Shown here piece after piece: positions 1 through 8,457 of a stretch of DNA of 39,429 bases (the first letter of the stretch is position 1; each line of letters begins with the position of its first letter). This DNA comes from Nitrosopumilus sp. (GTDB lineage Archaea; Thermoproteota; Nitrososphaeria; Nitrososphaerales; Nitrosopumilaceae): the NCBI GenBank assembly GCA_965218695.1, contig CBDCLR010000008.1:1-39429 (forward strand), in the 5' to 3' direction. A program made the translations under genes and the position numbers. Under the pieces are notes generated by a model, which did no database searches, was not told the origin of the DNA, and saw only the letters and a program-made list of their open reading frames with translations.

Positions 1-31
1 GCTGAGGCGGGAATACGCCAAGGCGTCCCAC

Positions 32-304
32 GTGGTCAACATGTTTTCCAAGGCGGTCTCGAAGATCGATGACACAGACCCTCCGGACGTGTACAAGAAG
101 AAACTGGCGGCAAGCGAGGCCAAAAACGAGGAACTGATGAAGAAACTGAGCGAGGCGCACGGGCTGTTGATAAAGACGGATGCCGAAAAAACCGACCTGA
201 ACTCGAAGCTCGGCCTGGTTGTAAAGGCAATCATCGACGCGTCAGGCGACCCAGACGGGGATTTCCGCCAGAACCTCAAGGACAGGCTGGACGGACTTTT
301 TTGA
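32..304 (+). CDS. Hypothetical coiled-coil protein, probably 5'-truncated by the window edge
   Basis: Frame is open back to position 2; charged helical sequence (KKKLAASEAKNEELMKKLSE). Confidence 0.55.
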   Translation: MVNMFSKAVSKIDDTDPPDVYKKKLAASEAKNEELMKKLSEAHGLLIKTDAEKTDLNSKLGLVVKAIIDASGDPDGDFRQNLKDRLDGLF

Positions 305-333
305 GGCTTTTATACTAACCTGCCATTGACCGT

Positions 334-606
334 ATGCAAAGCGCAGAATGTGCAAACGAGTTCAGGGATATCCTTGACAGGCTCCTGACCGTCCGGTCAT
401 GCGAACACGAGCCGGAGGTTGAGGCACGATACAACAACAGCGAGACTCTCCGATACCAAATGTGCAGGAAGTGCTGGGAACACAAGGAGTACCACGAGAT
501 AAACAGGGACTACGTGCAGACGATCAGGCCCAACCAGCTGGACGTAAAGCATGCCAAATGCCTCCTGTGCGGTCTCGGCATGGAGTCCTGCGGGTGCGTG
601 GCGTAA
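334..606 (+). CDS. Small Cys/His-rich, putative Zn-binding protein
   Basis: CEH...CRKC...H...CLLCG...CGC; TTTTATA box at ~308-314, about 25 nt before the ATG. Confidence 0.65.
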   Translation: MQSAECANEFRDILDRLLTVRSCEHEPEVEARYNNSETLRYQMCRKCWEHKEYHEINRDYVQTIRPNQLDVKHAKCLLCGLGMESCGCVA

Positions 607-625
607 ACTTCTGCTTTTATGCAAT

Positions 626-721
626 ATGTACACCGTCTGCATTCAGCGCACATGCCCGATCTGCGGACAGTGGCTTGAGGCCCATGCCGATTCCCCGATG
701 GCCGAATGCGGACTCGCCTGA
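626..721 (+). CDS. Putative 31-aa CPxCG zinc-finger microprotein
   Basis: Hand translation MYTVCIQRTCPICGQWLEAHADSPMAECGLA*; below the ORF-track cutoff. Confidence 0.4.
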   Translation: MYTVCIQRTCPICGQWLEAHADSPMAECGLA

Positions 722-739
722 TAGGGAGTGACTGCGGCA

Positions 740-1340
740 TCGGATCTGCCGAGGATTTTACGTGGGAATGCCCGGGGTGCTACGGCGCCCTGATACAGTA
801 CAGAAGGGCGCCGGCGAGGCCGTAACCGCAAGATCCCCGCTGATCCGAGACGCGTGGGACAACAACAAGCACCGAAAGAATCGCGCAAAGGACACGAAGA
901 ATGCTCGGCCGGTCTCTCCGAAGGCGATCGCGAACATGATGGGCGAGCTCCTCAAGAAGATCCACCTCAGGGATCCGGACTCGCGCATGCCCGCGGGGGC
1001 CGCCATTACAAGTTCAAGCAGGTCCGCGGGCTCCGGAAGTACTTCAAGACGAACGCCGAGCGCGCCATCAAGACCATCGACGTCGAGAAGCTGATCGGCC
1101 ACGCGGAAAGCTACTACAAGCCACCGGAGGAGTACCTTCTGGGGCAGTACGAGAGGATCGTGCCCAGCCTGACGATCTCTGAGGCGGACGAGCTCAAGGA
1201 CAGGATGCAGAAGCAGGCCGCGGTCAGCGACAGGAAGGTGGGCGAGATCGAACGCGAGAACGTGGCGCTTCAGGACAGGCTGAACAGGCTGGAGTCAAGC
1301 TACGGCTCGTTCAAGACCATCCTGAGGACGTCCTGTTGGA
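740..1340 (+). pseudogene. Frameshifted C-terminal remnant of a tyrosine recombinase/integrase
   Basis: Pieces in three frames: CYGALIQYRR / GEAVTARSPLIRDAWD...MMGELLKK / QVRGLRKYFKT...VEKLIGHAESYYKP. HxxR box (H replaced by R), LGH-like motif and catalytic Tyr region are followed by a coiled coil. Boundaries approximate. Confidence 0.75.
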
Positions 1341-1504
1341 GAAGACCAAGGATCGCGCGTAAGCTGATTCGAGGCGGGCGTCCAACCGCCGCAGCCTTCC
1401 GACCGCGCAGAGCGGGGACGGTGGATGCTGCGCGAGCCCCCGGCATGTCGAACGCTCGCACATTGCGGGAACTTCCCCTTATATGGAATCTCCATACAGC
1501 AGGC

Positions 1505-1684
1505 ATGAAGAAAGAATCCCCGGCCCGGAAGATCTCGGACGATGATGTGGCACGCATCAGGGAAAGGGTGCTTGAGCTTGAAACGGAGATAAAGGATTTC
1601 AAGACCGCTTTGAACTCATACCAGACCAAGATAAGAAGGGCCATGGTACGGATCGGAGATGCCAGAGAATTGAGCGAAGAATGA
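1505..1684 (+). CDS. Small coiled-coil hypothetical protein (59 aa)
   Basis: ATG at 1505, MKKESPARKISDDDVARIRERVLELETEIKDFK...; 3' part of ORF 854..1684. Confidence 0.5.
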   Translation: MKKESPARKISDDDVARIRERVLELETEIKDFKTALNSYQTKIRRAMVRIGDARELSEE

Positions 1685-1856
1685 GTTGCATGAACCCGCC
1701 TGCGCAACCTTGCGCAAGAAGCCAAGTGGTTCCTTTGACACCCTTGCCTTGTTCTATGGATCGTGCTATGTGGCTTTAGTTTCCTGTTTTCTGCATGCGC
1801 CGTCCTCAGTCATTGACAGCAGTCTTCCTCTAACCTTGTACAGCACCGCATGAATT

Positions 1857-1949
1857 GTAACTGTTCACGTCCCCTCTTGATTCGTGCTTGTAGACAGGTC
1901 GATGTTGGCTGCAGTTAGGCGTGGATTAAGGGAGGACGTGAACAGTTAC
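1857..1949. mobile_element. 93-bp MITE with IS66-type ends
   Basis: Perfect 16-bp terminal inverted repeat GTAACTGTTCACGTCC...GGACGTGAACAGTTAC, resembling the GTAAGTGTTCA ends of the IS66 at 2877-4670. Confidence 0.8.
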
Positions 1950-1978
1950 AATCCATCAACCGAGTTTGCAGGATAACC
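1950..1978. mobile_element. Orphan IS6-family end
   Basis: AATCCATCAACCGAGTTTGCAGGATAACC, one mismatch to the IS6 ends at 10207-10235 and 32107-32135. Confidence 0.8.
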
Positions 1979-2036
1979 TTGGCGCCAGGGAAAGCGCGTG
2001 AACAAAAAATTGTATCGCGATCGACACAGGCATGAA

Positions 2037-2429
2037 TCACGGCGTCCGATATCCCATTTTCGCCATCAGCCTGCCAACAGTCCTTGCAACATCGAAACAT
2101 ATAGATTTTACCAGAAACAGATCCAAATTGGATTCATAGAAATTCCGATGCAGCATGCTTGCAAGTGAAAAGGAATAAAAAATTTCCTTGTCACGTTCCT
2201 GTTTGGACAACGTTATGGCAAATTTCCCTAGGTCCCGATGGCTATTGATCGCTTTATTCCTTTTTGCAGCAACCGTTTTAAGCACGCAAGACATGGCGCC
2301 CCACATCATCTCACTGGCTTTGTGAGAATCCTTTAATTTCAAGTATTTTTCTGCGTTATGGCTATAGTGCAAAACCATGCCGGCGTATTTGTCCGCATCA
2401 TTTTTTGCAGCATCGATTTGGGCAGACAT
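2037..2429 (-). CDS. PaREP1-family (HEPN-like) protein
   Basis: AEKYL...KASEMMWGA...SHRDL...ASMLHRNFYE pattern typical of archaeal PaREP1. Confidence 0.8.
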   Translation of the reverse strand: MSAQIDAAKNDADKYAGMVLHYSHNAEKYLKLKDSHKASEMMWGAMSCVLKTVAAKRNKAINSHRDLGKFAITLSKQERDKEIFYSFSLASMLHRNFYESNLDLFLVKSICFDVARTVGRLMAKMGYRTP

Positions 2430-2656
2430 CAGTCACCATCTTCGTCATCCGCATCCATGCTGGTATATCCGGCAATTTTTCCAGTGGTCGCATCGATTTG
2501 TATCTCTTTTATTTGCTGGCTCAAAAAACCTACATCAAAAACAAGATGCCAGACACCATCTTCCAAATTCGAGGATTTCAGATTTATCGTACTGTGATAA
2601 CCTCCAAGAAATTCTTCTGCTTTTTGTATTGCGTCTTCCATATCGCATTCTACCAT
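2429..2656 (-). CDS. Small acidic PepSY-like domain protein
   Basis: EDAIQKAEEFL...GVWHLVF...IQIDATTGKI; its stop overlaps the PaREP1 start (TGATG); no signal peptide visible. Confidence 0.65.
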   Translation of the reverse strand: MVECDMEDAIQKAEEFLGGYHSTINLKSSNLEDGVWHLVFDVGFLSQQIKEIQIDATTGKIAGYTSMDADDEDGD

Positions 2657-2714
2657 GAATTAAATCATGCAGTAGCTGTATTAATTCTTTTGCCGCACTA
2701 TTCCTGAAAGTGAG

Positions 2715-2856
2715 GTAACAGTTCAGGTCCATTTCTGCTTGAATCGTCACCCTCCATCTGAGGCTGGGCCGCCTGTCCGCGGTGCGGCCCTGCCCGTACC
2801 TTTTGCGGCGTGCCCGACAGCCGTTTCCGGCACGAACCGTGCGGTCTGCCGGCATG
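2715..2856. mobile_element. Possible remnant of another IS66-type end
   Basis: Starts GTAACAGTTCAGGTCC, resembling GTAACTGTTCAC (1857) and GTATGCACTCAGGTCC (30222); GC rises abruptly here. Confidence 0.4.
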
Positions 2857-2876
2857 GGTTCTCTTGCAAACTCGGT
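2857..2876. mobile_element. Orphan IS6-family end, cut off by the IS66 terminus
   Basis: GGTTCTCTTGCAAACTCGGT versus GGTTCTCCTGCAAACTCGGT at 8548. Confidence 0.75.
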
Positions 2877-4670
2877 GTAAGTGTTCAGCACATCTGGACC
2901 CGTTTAGACGGCACGGGGGCACTTGCGCTCGGATCGCCGTGTCTGAACATCTGGTTGCGCGAGGACGCACCTAGACGTATTTTGCCAGTTCCGCATGGAT
3001 GTCCATGTTGCGTGCCCTCCAAGTCATGACGCAGGTAAACAGGTTTCCCCACCATATCATCGTGTCCTCCGACCTGATGGAGCCGCGCCCCTTCCTGTGG
3101 ACCACGGGCTCGCGCAGCCCCCTCTCGGCGGCATTATTTGTCGACGCAACGCGCGGATCGAGCACATACAGGAACAGGTCCGGTTCGGCATTGCGCAGCT
3201 TGACGGTCAGAAACTGTTTGAGCTCCGGGATCTCCCCGTATGTGTCTATGAGTCTTCTGACACGCTCGCGCAGCACGTCGCGCACACGTTGCCTTTCCTG
3301 AAGGGTTCCGTTCGCCTCGAGCCCGATCCGGTGTATCTCCCGGAGCTCGTCCCGTACCGCCTGCGCCTCGGCGCAGCCGGGGTTTCGTTCCACGATGTGC
3401 TTGATCTCGTTGAGGATGTGCGCCCAGCACCGCTGTATCCTGTATCTCCTGTACGGTATCAGCCCATCGCACACGATTTTCCCCGACCACGAACTTCCGA
3501 GCACCTCCCTGAGGACGTTGCCGCCCCTGCTACGCCGTATCGTGTAATACACGTCTCCGGTCTCAGGATTCAGGAAGATCCATATCCAAGCCAGCTTGCC
3601 GTTGAGGGATATCGATGTCTCGTCGATATGCAGCACGTATGCTTTCCGTATCCGCTCGAGAATTTCCCGGCTCGGCAGGTCCAGTCCCATTCCGATCCTG
3701 TACAGGATGTTGTGTACGGTTCCGACGGATATCCTGAGCCCGATCCGGCCCATGCTTGCCACGTTCAGCCTGTGGGGGAGCTTGTCCATGAAATTGAATA
3801 GGATTGCGGCCAGCACGTTCAGGCCGTACGTGCCGGACCGCGGGATGTGGACGATCTCCGGTCGTCCCTGTACTGTAGCCTGCCGCCCGCCCGACGGTTC
3901 CGGCTCGCATGATCCCGCGTCCTCCATGGCGGTTCGTTCCGGCTGGGACGGTTCCGACTCTCTGCCGCCGCACCGCCCGGTATCCTTCGCCCTCCGGACG
4001 GTCATTGATCTGATCTCCTTGAGCCCGCATCTGTTGCAGCGGTACACGGGGACATGGTGGCGCACGGTAGTCGCTTTGACAATCCGGGGTATCTCGGTGA
4101 TGACATATTCTTCCTCGTCATACTCGGTTAGATCCTCTCTGTGGCATCTTGGACACGTAGTACACCGGTGGTGTTCCTCGGCTTCAACCGGAAGCCTTTC
4201 CGCGGTTTTTCCATGTCCAGGCTGGGCGCCCTGCTTCTTTTTCGCGGCGACATTGTCAGGATCATTCCGGGTGTTGCCTCGGTTTTTCTCGGGGATGGGT
4301 GTCTTGGAAGAAGGCGTGTTGGGGTTGTCGTATACGAGCAGCCGCCGTTTCAGCCCATTTATCTCCTGAAGCAGCCTCTCCTTGACACCGACCGTCATCT
4401 CAAACGCGGCAAGTACAGTGTCAAAGAATTGCAGCAGGTTATATGCCGTTGCGCTCCAGTGGGCGCAGCATGCGCAGTCTGGATTCTTGCATGCCTTGTT
4501 ATCGGCGAAGATCTACCCGAGTCGGCCCTGCGTCGTCACGATCCCTCGCGTCATATACACGGGCAAATTGAATCATGCGATTTCTGCCCGTCTGAGACGC
4601 CTACAGGCTCTTGCGGCCCGAAACGGCACCTTGGGTCGTCAAATCATGCCTAAATGTGGTGAACACTTAC
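2877..4670 (-). mobile_element. IS66-family element (single-ORF, ISBst12-like)
   Basis: TIRs GTAAGTGTTCAGCACATCTGG (2877) and reverse-complement GTAAGTGTTCACCACATTTAG (ends 4670) enclosing an IS66 transposase. Confidence 0.9.
2971..4398 (-). CDS. IS66-family transposase
   Basis: NPNTPSS, GAQPGHG, CPRC/CNRC Zn finger, HIDET, VCDG, QRCWAH, TNNAAERGLR motifs. Confidence 0.93.
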   Translation of the reverse strand: MTVGVKERLLQEINGLKRRLLVYDNPNTPSSKTPIPEKNRGNTRNDPDNVAAKKKQGAQPGHGKTAERLPVEAEEHHRCTTCPRCHREDLTEYDEEEYVITEIPRIVKATTVRHHVPVYRCNRCGLKEIRSMTVRRAKDTGRCGGRESEPSQPERTAMEDAGSCEPEPSGGRQATVQGRPEIVHIPRSGTYGLNVLAAILFNFMDKLPHRLNVASMGRIGLRISVGTVHNILYRIGMGLDLPSREILERIRKAYVLHIDETSISLNGKLAWIWIFLNPETGDVYYTIRRSRGGNVLREVLGSSWSGKIVCDGLIPYRRYRIQRCWAHILNEIKHIVERNPGCAEAQAVRDELREIHRIGLEANGTLQERQRVRDVLRERVRRLIDTYGEIPELKQFLTVKLRNAEPDLFLYVLDPRVASTNNAAERGLREPVVHRKGRGSIRSEDTMIWWGNLFTCVMTWRARNMDIHAELAKYV

Positions 4671-4872
4671 CATGAATTCGCGAAGGCTTGCGCGAGCCTG
4701 ACCGGCAGGTAATACGCAGGATAGACTACAAGTACGCGCTGAGATCATCTGCGGACTCGAAAAGCGGGCCGCAAGTTACAATGCATGGTGGTGGTCACGT
4801 TAGGTTGGCTCCCACAGGCATCAGGACTCAGAAAAAGTTCCATACCCAAAAGAATGTAATCAAAAAAGCTAC

Positions 4873-4880
4873 TTTTTATA
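4873..4880 (+). promoter_or_regulatory. Archaeal TATA box for the integrase
   Basis: TTTTTATA preceded by A-rich CAAAAAAG, 22-29 nt upstream of ATG 4902. Confidence 0.5.
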
Positions 4881-4901
4881 CCGTAATCCCGTATGGCGTG
4901 C

Positions 4902-6311
4902 ATGGTAAGAAGCATAGAGACCTTTAGGAAGGCCATTAGCAGTTTGTCAAAAAACACGCAGGCGACGTTCGAATCTGCGTACAGGAGCTTTCCTGGCATT
5001 GAGGAGTTGATTGCGTCCAAACCCGACGAGGACCAGGCCTATGACGCGCTGCAGGAATGGATAAACGGCCTGGGGAAGCATCCAACTACAGTGAGAGCCT
5101 ATTTCGGCCATATCCGGCGGTACCTCTATCACCGCGGCATAAAGCTTGACGATCTCGGCATACGGCAGACCCTGAAGTTTCTCTCAAAAGTCGAAGAAGA
5201 GCTTTACCCTCTTAGCAGGGAGGAGATCAAGAGCATACTGGAGGCGTGCAACCCCAAGTACCGGCTAATGTTCCTTGCCCAGCTGTCAAGCGGCATGCGA
5301 ATCGGGGAACTAGCGGATATACGAAAGCGCCACCTGAACACGACAAAGGAACGCATAATGGTCAAGATCCCGGCAAGCCAGACGAAGACGGGCCGCAGCC
5401 GGACTACACTCTTCAGCCAAGAGGTCTCCGACCTTCTCCTCCCGAAGCTGGAAAAGATCGACGCGCAAGACCTTGTCTTTTCCAGGAAAACGAGTACCTC
5501 AAACAGGCGGCATAGCCCAATAGCATACTTACGCCATCTGCTGAAAAGGATCGGGCTGTACCAAAAATACGAGAGCAACGGAAGGGGCACGATAACACCA
5601 CACTCGTTCCGGGCCTTCTTCATAACGCAGGCATCCCGGCACGACCAGAACGTTGCCAAGATGTTCGCCGGCCAGAGGGGCTACCTGCTGCAGTACGATC
5701 GGCTGAGAGATGACCAGAAGCTTGAGGAGTATCTCAAAATCGAACCGGACCTGCTCATCTGGAACCACGATGGAAGCGGAAGGGAGAACAAGCAGCTTGA
5801 GGAACCGGCCGCGAGTTTCGACTTGTTAAAGAGTGAAAACAGCTTACTCAGGGAAAGGGTCAAGGCCATCGGTGATTTGGAGATCCAGTTTGAGGAGCTC
5901 CGCAAAAAGACTAAGGACATTGACGAAATGAAAAGCCAGATCAAGGAGCTCCGCAAAAAGGTCTACGGCACCGACAAGCAGAAAAGCCAGCTAGACGAGC
6001 TGGCAAGCCAGATTACAAAGCTCCGCAAAATGCTCGAGGGCCTCGACCAGCAGGAAATCCAGCTCGACGAGCTCCGGAAAAATGCCGAAGATGTCCGCAA
6101 CCTAGAAAGCCAGATCCGGGCGAACGTCAAAACGGACAATGACGCCGGCGTGCCGAAATACAAGAAATGGGCGTCTAGAAGAATGATCAGTGATGGCGAT
6201 GCCCTACTGCGCGAGAACAAGCGGCTCAAGGAACAGACCAATAAGTTGATCAAGGAAATCGACGACCGAAAGCGCAAGGACAAAGAACGCGGAACAAATG
6301 GTCAAAGCTGA
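4902..6311 (+). CDS. Tyrosine recombinase/integrase with long repetitive C-terminal coiled coil
   Basis: SGMRIGE (R), KTGRSR (K), PHSFR (HxxR), AGQRGYLLQY (Tyr region). Start is 4893 or 4902; 4902 fits the TATA spacing. Confidence 0.9.
   Translation: MVRSIETFRKAISSLSKNTQATFESAYRSFPGIEELIASKPDEDQAYDALQEWINGLGKHPTTVRAYFGHIRRYLYHRGIKLDDLGIRQTLKFLSKVEEELYPLSREEIKSILEACNPKYRLMFLAQLSSGMRIGELADIRKRHLNTTKERIMVKIPASQTKTGRSRTTLFSQEVSDLLLPKLEKIDAQDLVFSRKTSTSNRRHSPIAYLRHLLKRIGLYQKYESNGRGTITPHSFRAFFITQASRHDQNVAKMFAGQRGYLLQYDRLRDDQKLEEYLKIEPDLLIWNHDGSGRENKQLEEPAASFDLLKSENSLLRERVKAIGDLEIQFEELRKKTKDIDEMKSQIKELRKKVYGTDKQKSQLDELASQITKLRKMLEGLDQQEIQLDELRKNAEDVRNLESQIRANVKTDNDAGVPKYKKWASRRMISDGDALLRENKRLKEQTNKLIKEIDDRKRKDKERGTNGQS
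5880..6120 (+). repeat. Imperfect ~51-nt (17-aa) coding repeats in the integrase tail
   Basis: (G/A)AGCTCCG(C/G)AAAA at ~5895, 5947, 6018, 6070; protein units QFEELRKK / QIKELRKK / QITKLRKM / QLDELRKN. Confidence 0.7.
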
Positions 6312-6380
6312 GGCCTCCCGCTCAAGGGGCGCGTCGCAATTGACTGTTGGGGCAACGGCAACGATGCGCCTTCACCATTC

Positions 6381-6558
6381 TGAGACATGATCCGTAATTA
6401 AAAATCCGACGGCCTCTACCCAAATTTCCCGGGTCGTTCTAATCAGGCCGCTTGAGCCGCCCTCCAAAGCACCTATGGTTGACAAGACCGCACACGATGT
6501 CGTTGGTGCGGTCATACTTGATCAGCGGGTTCCGGTACCTGTCGCCCACGATCCGGTG
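6381..6558 (-). mobile_element. 3'-end remnant of the IS5-like (DDE_Tnp_4) element
   Basis: Reverse complement closely matches ~18753-18930, including the TIR TGAGACATGATCCGTAATTA; truncated exactly at the MITE at 6559. Confidence 0.85.
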
Positions 6559-6760
6559 GGCTCTGGTAGATTTTGATGATCAGATCACCAAAATTTACCA
6601 CCAAGGTGCAAGAGCGACTCAACATACTTTTGAACAGCCTTGTGGAAGGCACCACACTTTTGAACGCCATGACGAAATGCGGCGAGATTGAATCCGGAAA
6701 AGATCCTAAAACACACTCTTGAACAGTGAACGGCAGAGATCACTAGAATTTACCAGAGCC
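6559..6760. mobile_element. 202-bp MITE, copy A
   Basis: TIR GGCTCTGGTAGATTTTGATGATC...GATCACTAGAATTTACCAGAGCC; homologous to 27863-28104 and 29678-29879. Confidence 0.88.
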
Positions 6761-6858
6761 TTTTGGCCTGCCGTCAACAGACGGCGTCTCTTTGCAAGTA
6801 TCTTGTCGAATCGAACTGATCGAGGGAATGTGGAACACCATTCCTGATACAGTGGCCT

Positions 6859-8457
6859 CTAGGCGGGTGCTGCCTTGCCGTTCTTCACAAGCCAGTCCCT
6901 GACAACGGCGGTCGCGCGGCAGTCATCCATGTTGTAGTCCAGGACCATCTTCAGATCATCCTTGTTCTTTCTCAACCGGTAGCTCCTGTACAGTTCATAC
7001 GAGTTGAACGCGTTCACGTCGGGGTTGGTCCACCTGAACCCCATCCAGCCTGCCAGATCCTTGAGGTTTATGCTTGGCAGGGGAAACGCAAACGAGTTAG
7101 CCGCCACTCGATGCAGATCCGTGAGGCTGGATTCCATGAATGCAGGAGCCGCAATGCCGTATTTCTCCATCATGCCGATCAGGTACAACCTGTCGTAGTA
7201 GCCCCAGTGATATATCGGGCATTCCCTTCCGGCAACAAACTTGATGAAATCCAGAACAATCCGCTTCGGACCTGAATCTGCCCTCACAAACGAAACGTAC
7301 TCCTCTTGTCCGTCCTCCCTTACCAGCAGCCCAATCAGATATATGGCTGCGTCACTCGCCGTGGCTCCGGGCATGCCCTCCAGATCAAGAAACATCTCGG
7401 TGCGCTCCCCTAGAAGGGCGTGGCCTGCCGTCCGCCTCCTAACTGCCGTGTTTCCAGACAGGGCCAGTGCTGATTCCATGTAGGCGGCGGCCCTTCTCAG
7501 ACCAATGCCGCTGACGGCCGCCACCCTGTCAATGCCGGCAGATATCATTTCGTCTAATGTGGTTATTCCGGCCCCCGCCAGGTGCTGCATTCCCACAGGC
7601 CCAATCCCGGAGATCAGCGTGGTGTTGCCCGCCTTGACTGCCGTCCGGTTCGTATATGAGACCCACGGATGCCTTCCGTGGCCAAAGACCGCCGCCGGTC
7701 TGCTGTTTGCAAACACATCCCGGATTCTCTCCATGATGCGGTCCAGCGATCTCTCATAATCGGCAAACTTGAACTCCTCGAGGGTACCGTTCCCGTTGAT
7801 TATCTGGAATGTCCTTGGCGTTTTGCGCTGAATCCTCCCGATCAGCGCAGTGTAAAACGCCGCCTGGAGCCTGTGCGCGTATGTTATGTTTCGGGCAGAT
7901 TTGACCTCGATAACCGTATAGTAGTATGATCCGAACGCCGACTTTCCATTTGCTCGCCTTAGAAGATCCGGTATGCCAACCATGCCATCGGGCAGGTAGA
8001 ACAGCATGGCCTTTGAGAGCGTTTCCGCACCGCCCATCATGGCATTGATGCCGAGAAGGAACGATTCCTCATTATTGTTGCCGTCTATCCGCACGTTCAT
8101 CCCACCGATGCCTTCCGGCCACTCCTCTGGGTCCGCAGCTATGTGTACTATGTCTGGTTGCTCCTCCTCCAGGATCCTGTTCTCATGGATATTGCCGCGT
8201 CTGGCCAATTCCTCCATGATTGGATCCGGCGGATCCTGCTCCGACGTATCTGCAAACCTGTCACACCATAGTGAGAACTGCGAGTTCACAAACCGGACCA
8301 CGTCAGAGGCCCGAACCGTGCTGTACGGGCCGTCCGCCATACACTCACTGAATACGGTCTCGGATTTGATGCGCGGTCTTTGCGCTCTCTTTTGCTTCCC
8401 CGGTGCTGGTTTGGACGGAACCCGGTGGTTTCTCCATCTTATGAAAGAACCCAGCAC
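6859..8457 (-). CDS. TM0106-family RecB-like nuclease with HhH motifs and C-terminal RNase H-like domain
   Basis: GIPDLL...VIEVKS...HRLQAAFY; ISGIG/VSGIG HhH; FLDLEG, IYHWGYYD, DYNMDDCRAT. True start may be ATG 8340. Confidence 0.88.
   Translation of the reverse strand: MLGSFIRWRNHRVPSKPAPGKQKRAQRPRIKSETVFSECMADGPYSTVRASDVVRFVNSQFSLWCDRFADTSEQDPPDPIMEELARRGNIHENRILEEEQPDIVHIAADPEEWPEGIGGMNVRIDGNNNEESFLLGINAMMGGAETLSKAMLFYLPDGMVGIPDLLRRANGKSAFGSYYYTVIEVKSARNITYAHRLQAAFYTALIGRIQRKTPRTFQIINGNGTLEEFKFADYERSLDRIMERIRDVFANSRPAAVFGHGRHPWVSYTNRTAVKAGNTTLISGIGPVGMQHLAGAGITTLDEMISAGIDRVAAVSGIGLRRAAAYMESALALSGNTAVRRRTAGHALLGERTEMFLDLEGMPGATASDAAIYLIGLLVREDGQEEYVSFVRADSGPKRIVLDFIKFVAGRECPIYHWGYYDRLYLIGMMEKYGIAAPAFMESSLTDLHRVAANSFAFPLPSINLKDLAGWMGFRWTNPDVNAFNSYELYRSYRLRKNKDDLKMVLDYNMDDCRATAVVRDWLVKNGKAAPA

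Larger units (their letters stand above)
1857..4670. mobile_element. Putative composite transposon (MITE outer end + IS66 outer end) carrying PaREP1/PepSY-like cargo
   Basis: CATGAATT lies immediately before 1857 (1849-1856) and immediately after 4670 (4671-4678); 8 bp is the usual IS66 target-site duplication length. Confidence 0.65.

Noticed and set aside
854-1684. 276-aa ORF as a single gene
   Set aside because: It is a chance fusion of an integrase pseudogene fragment, a non-protein-like linker and a separate small gene starting at ATG 1505.
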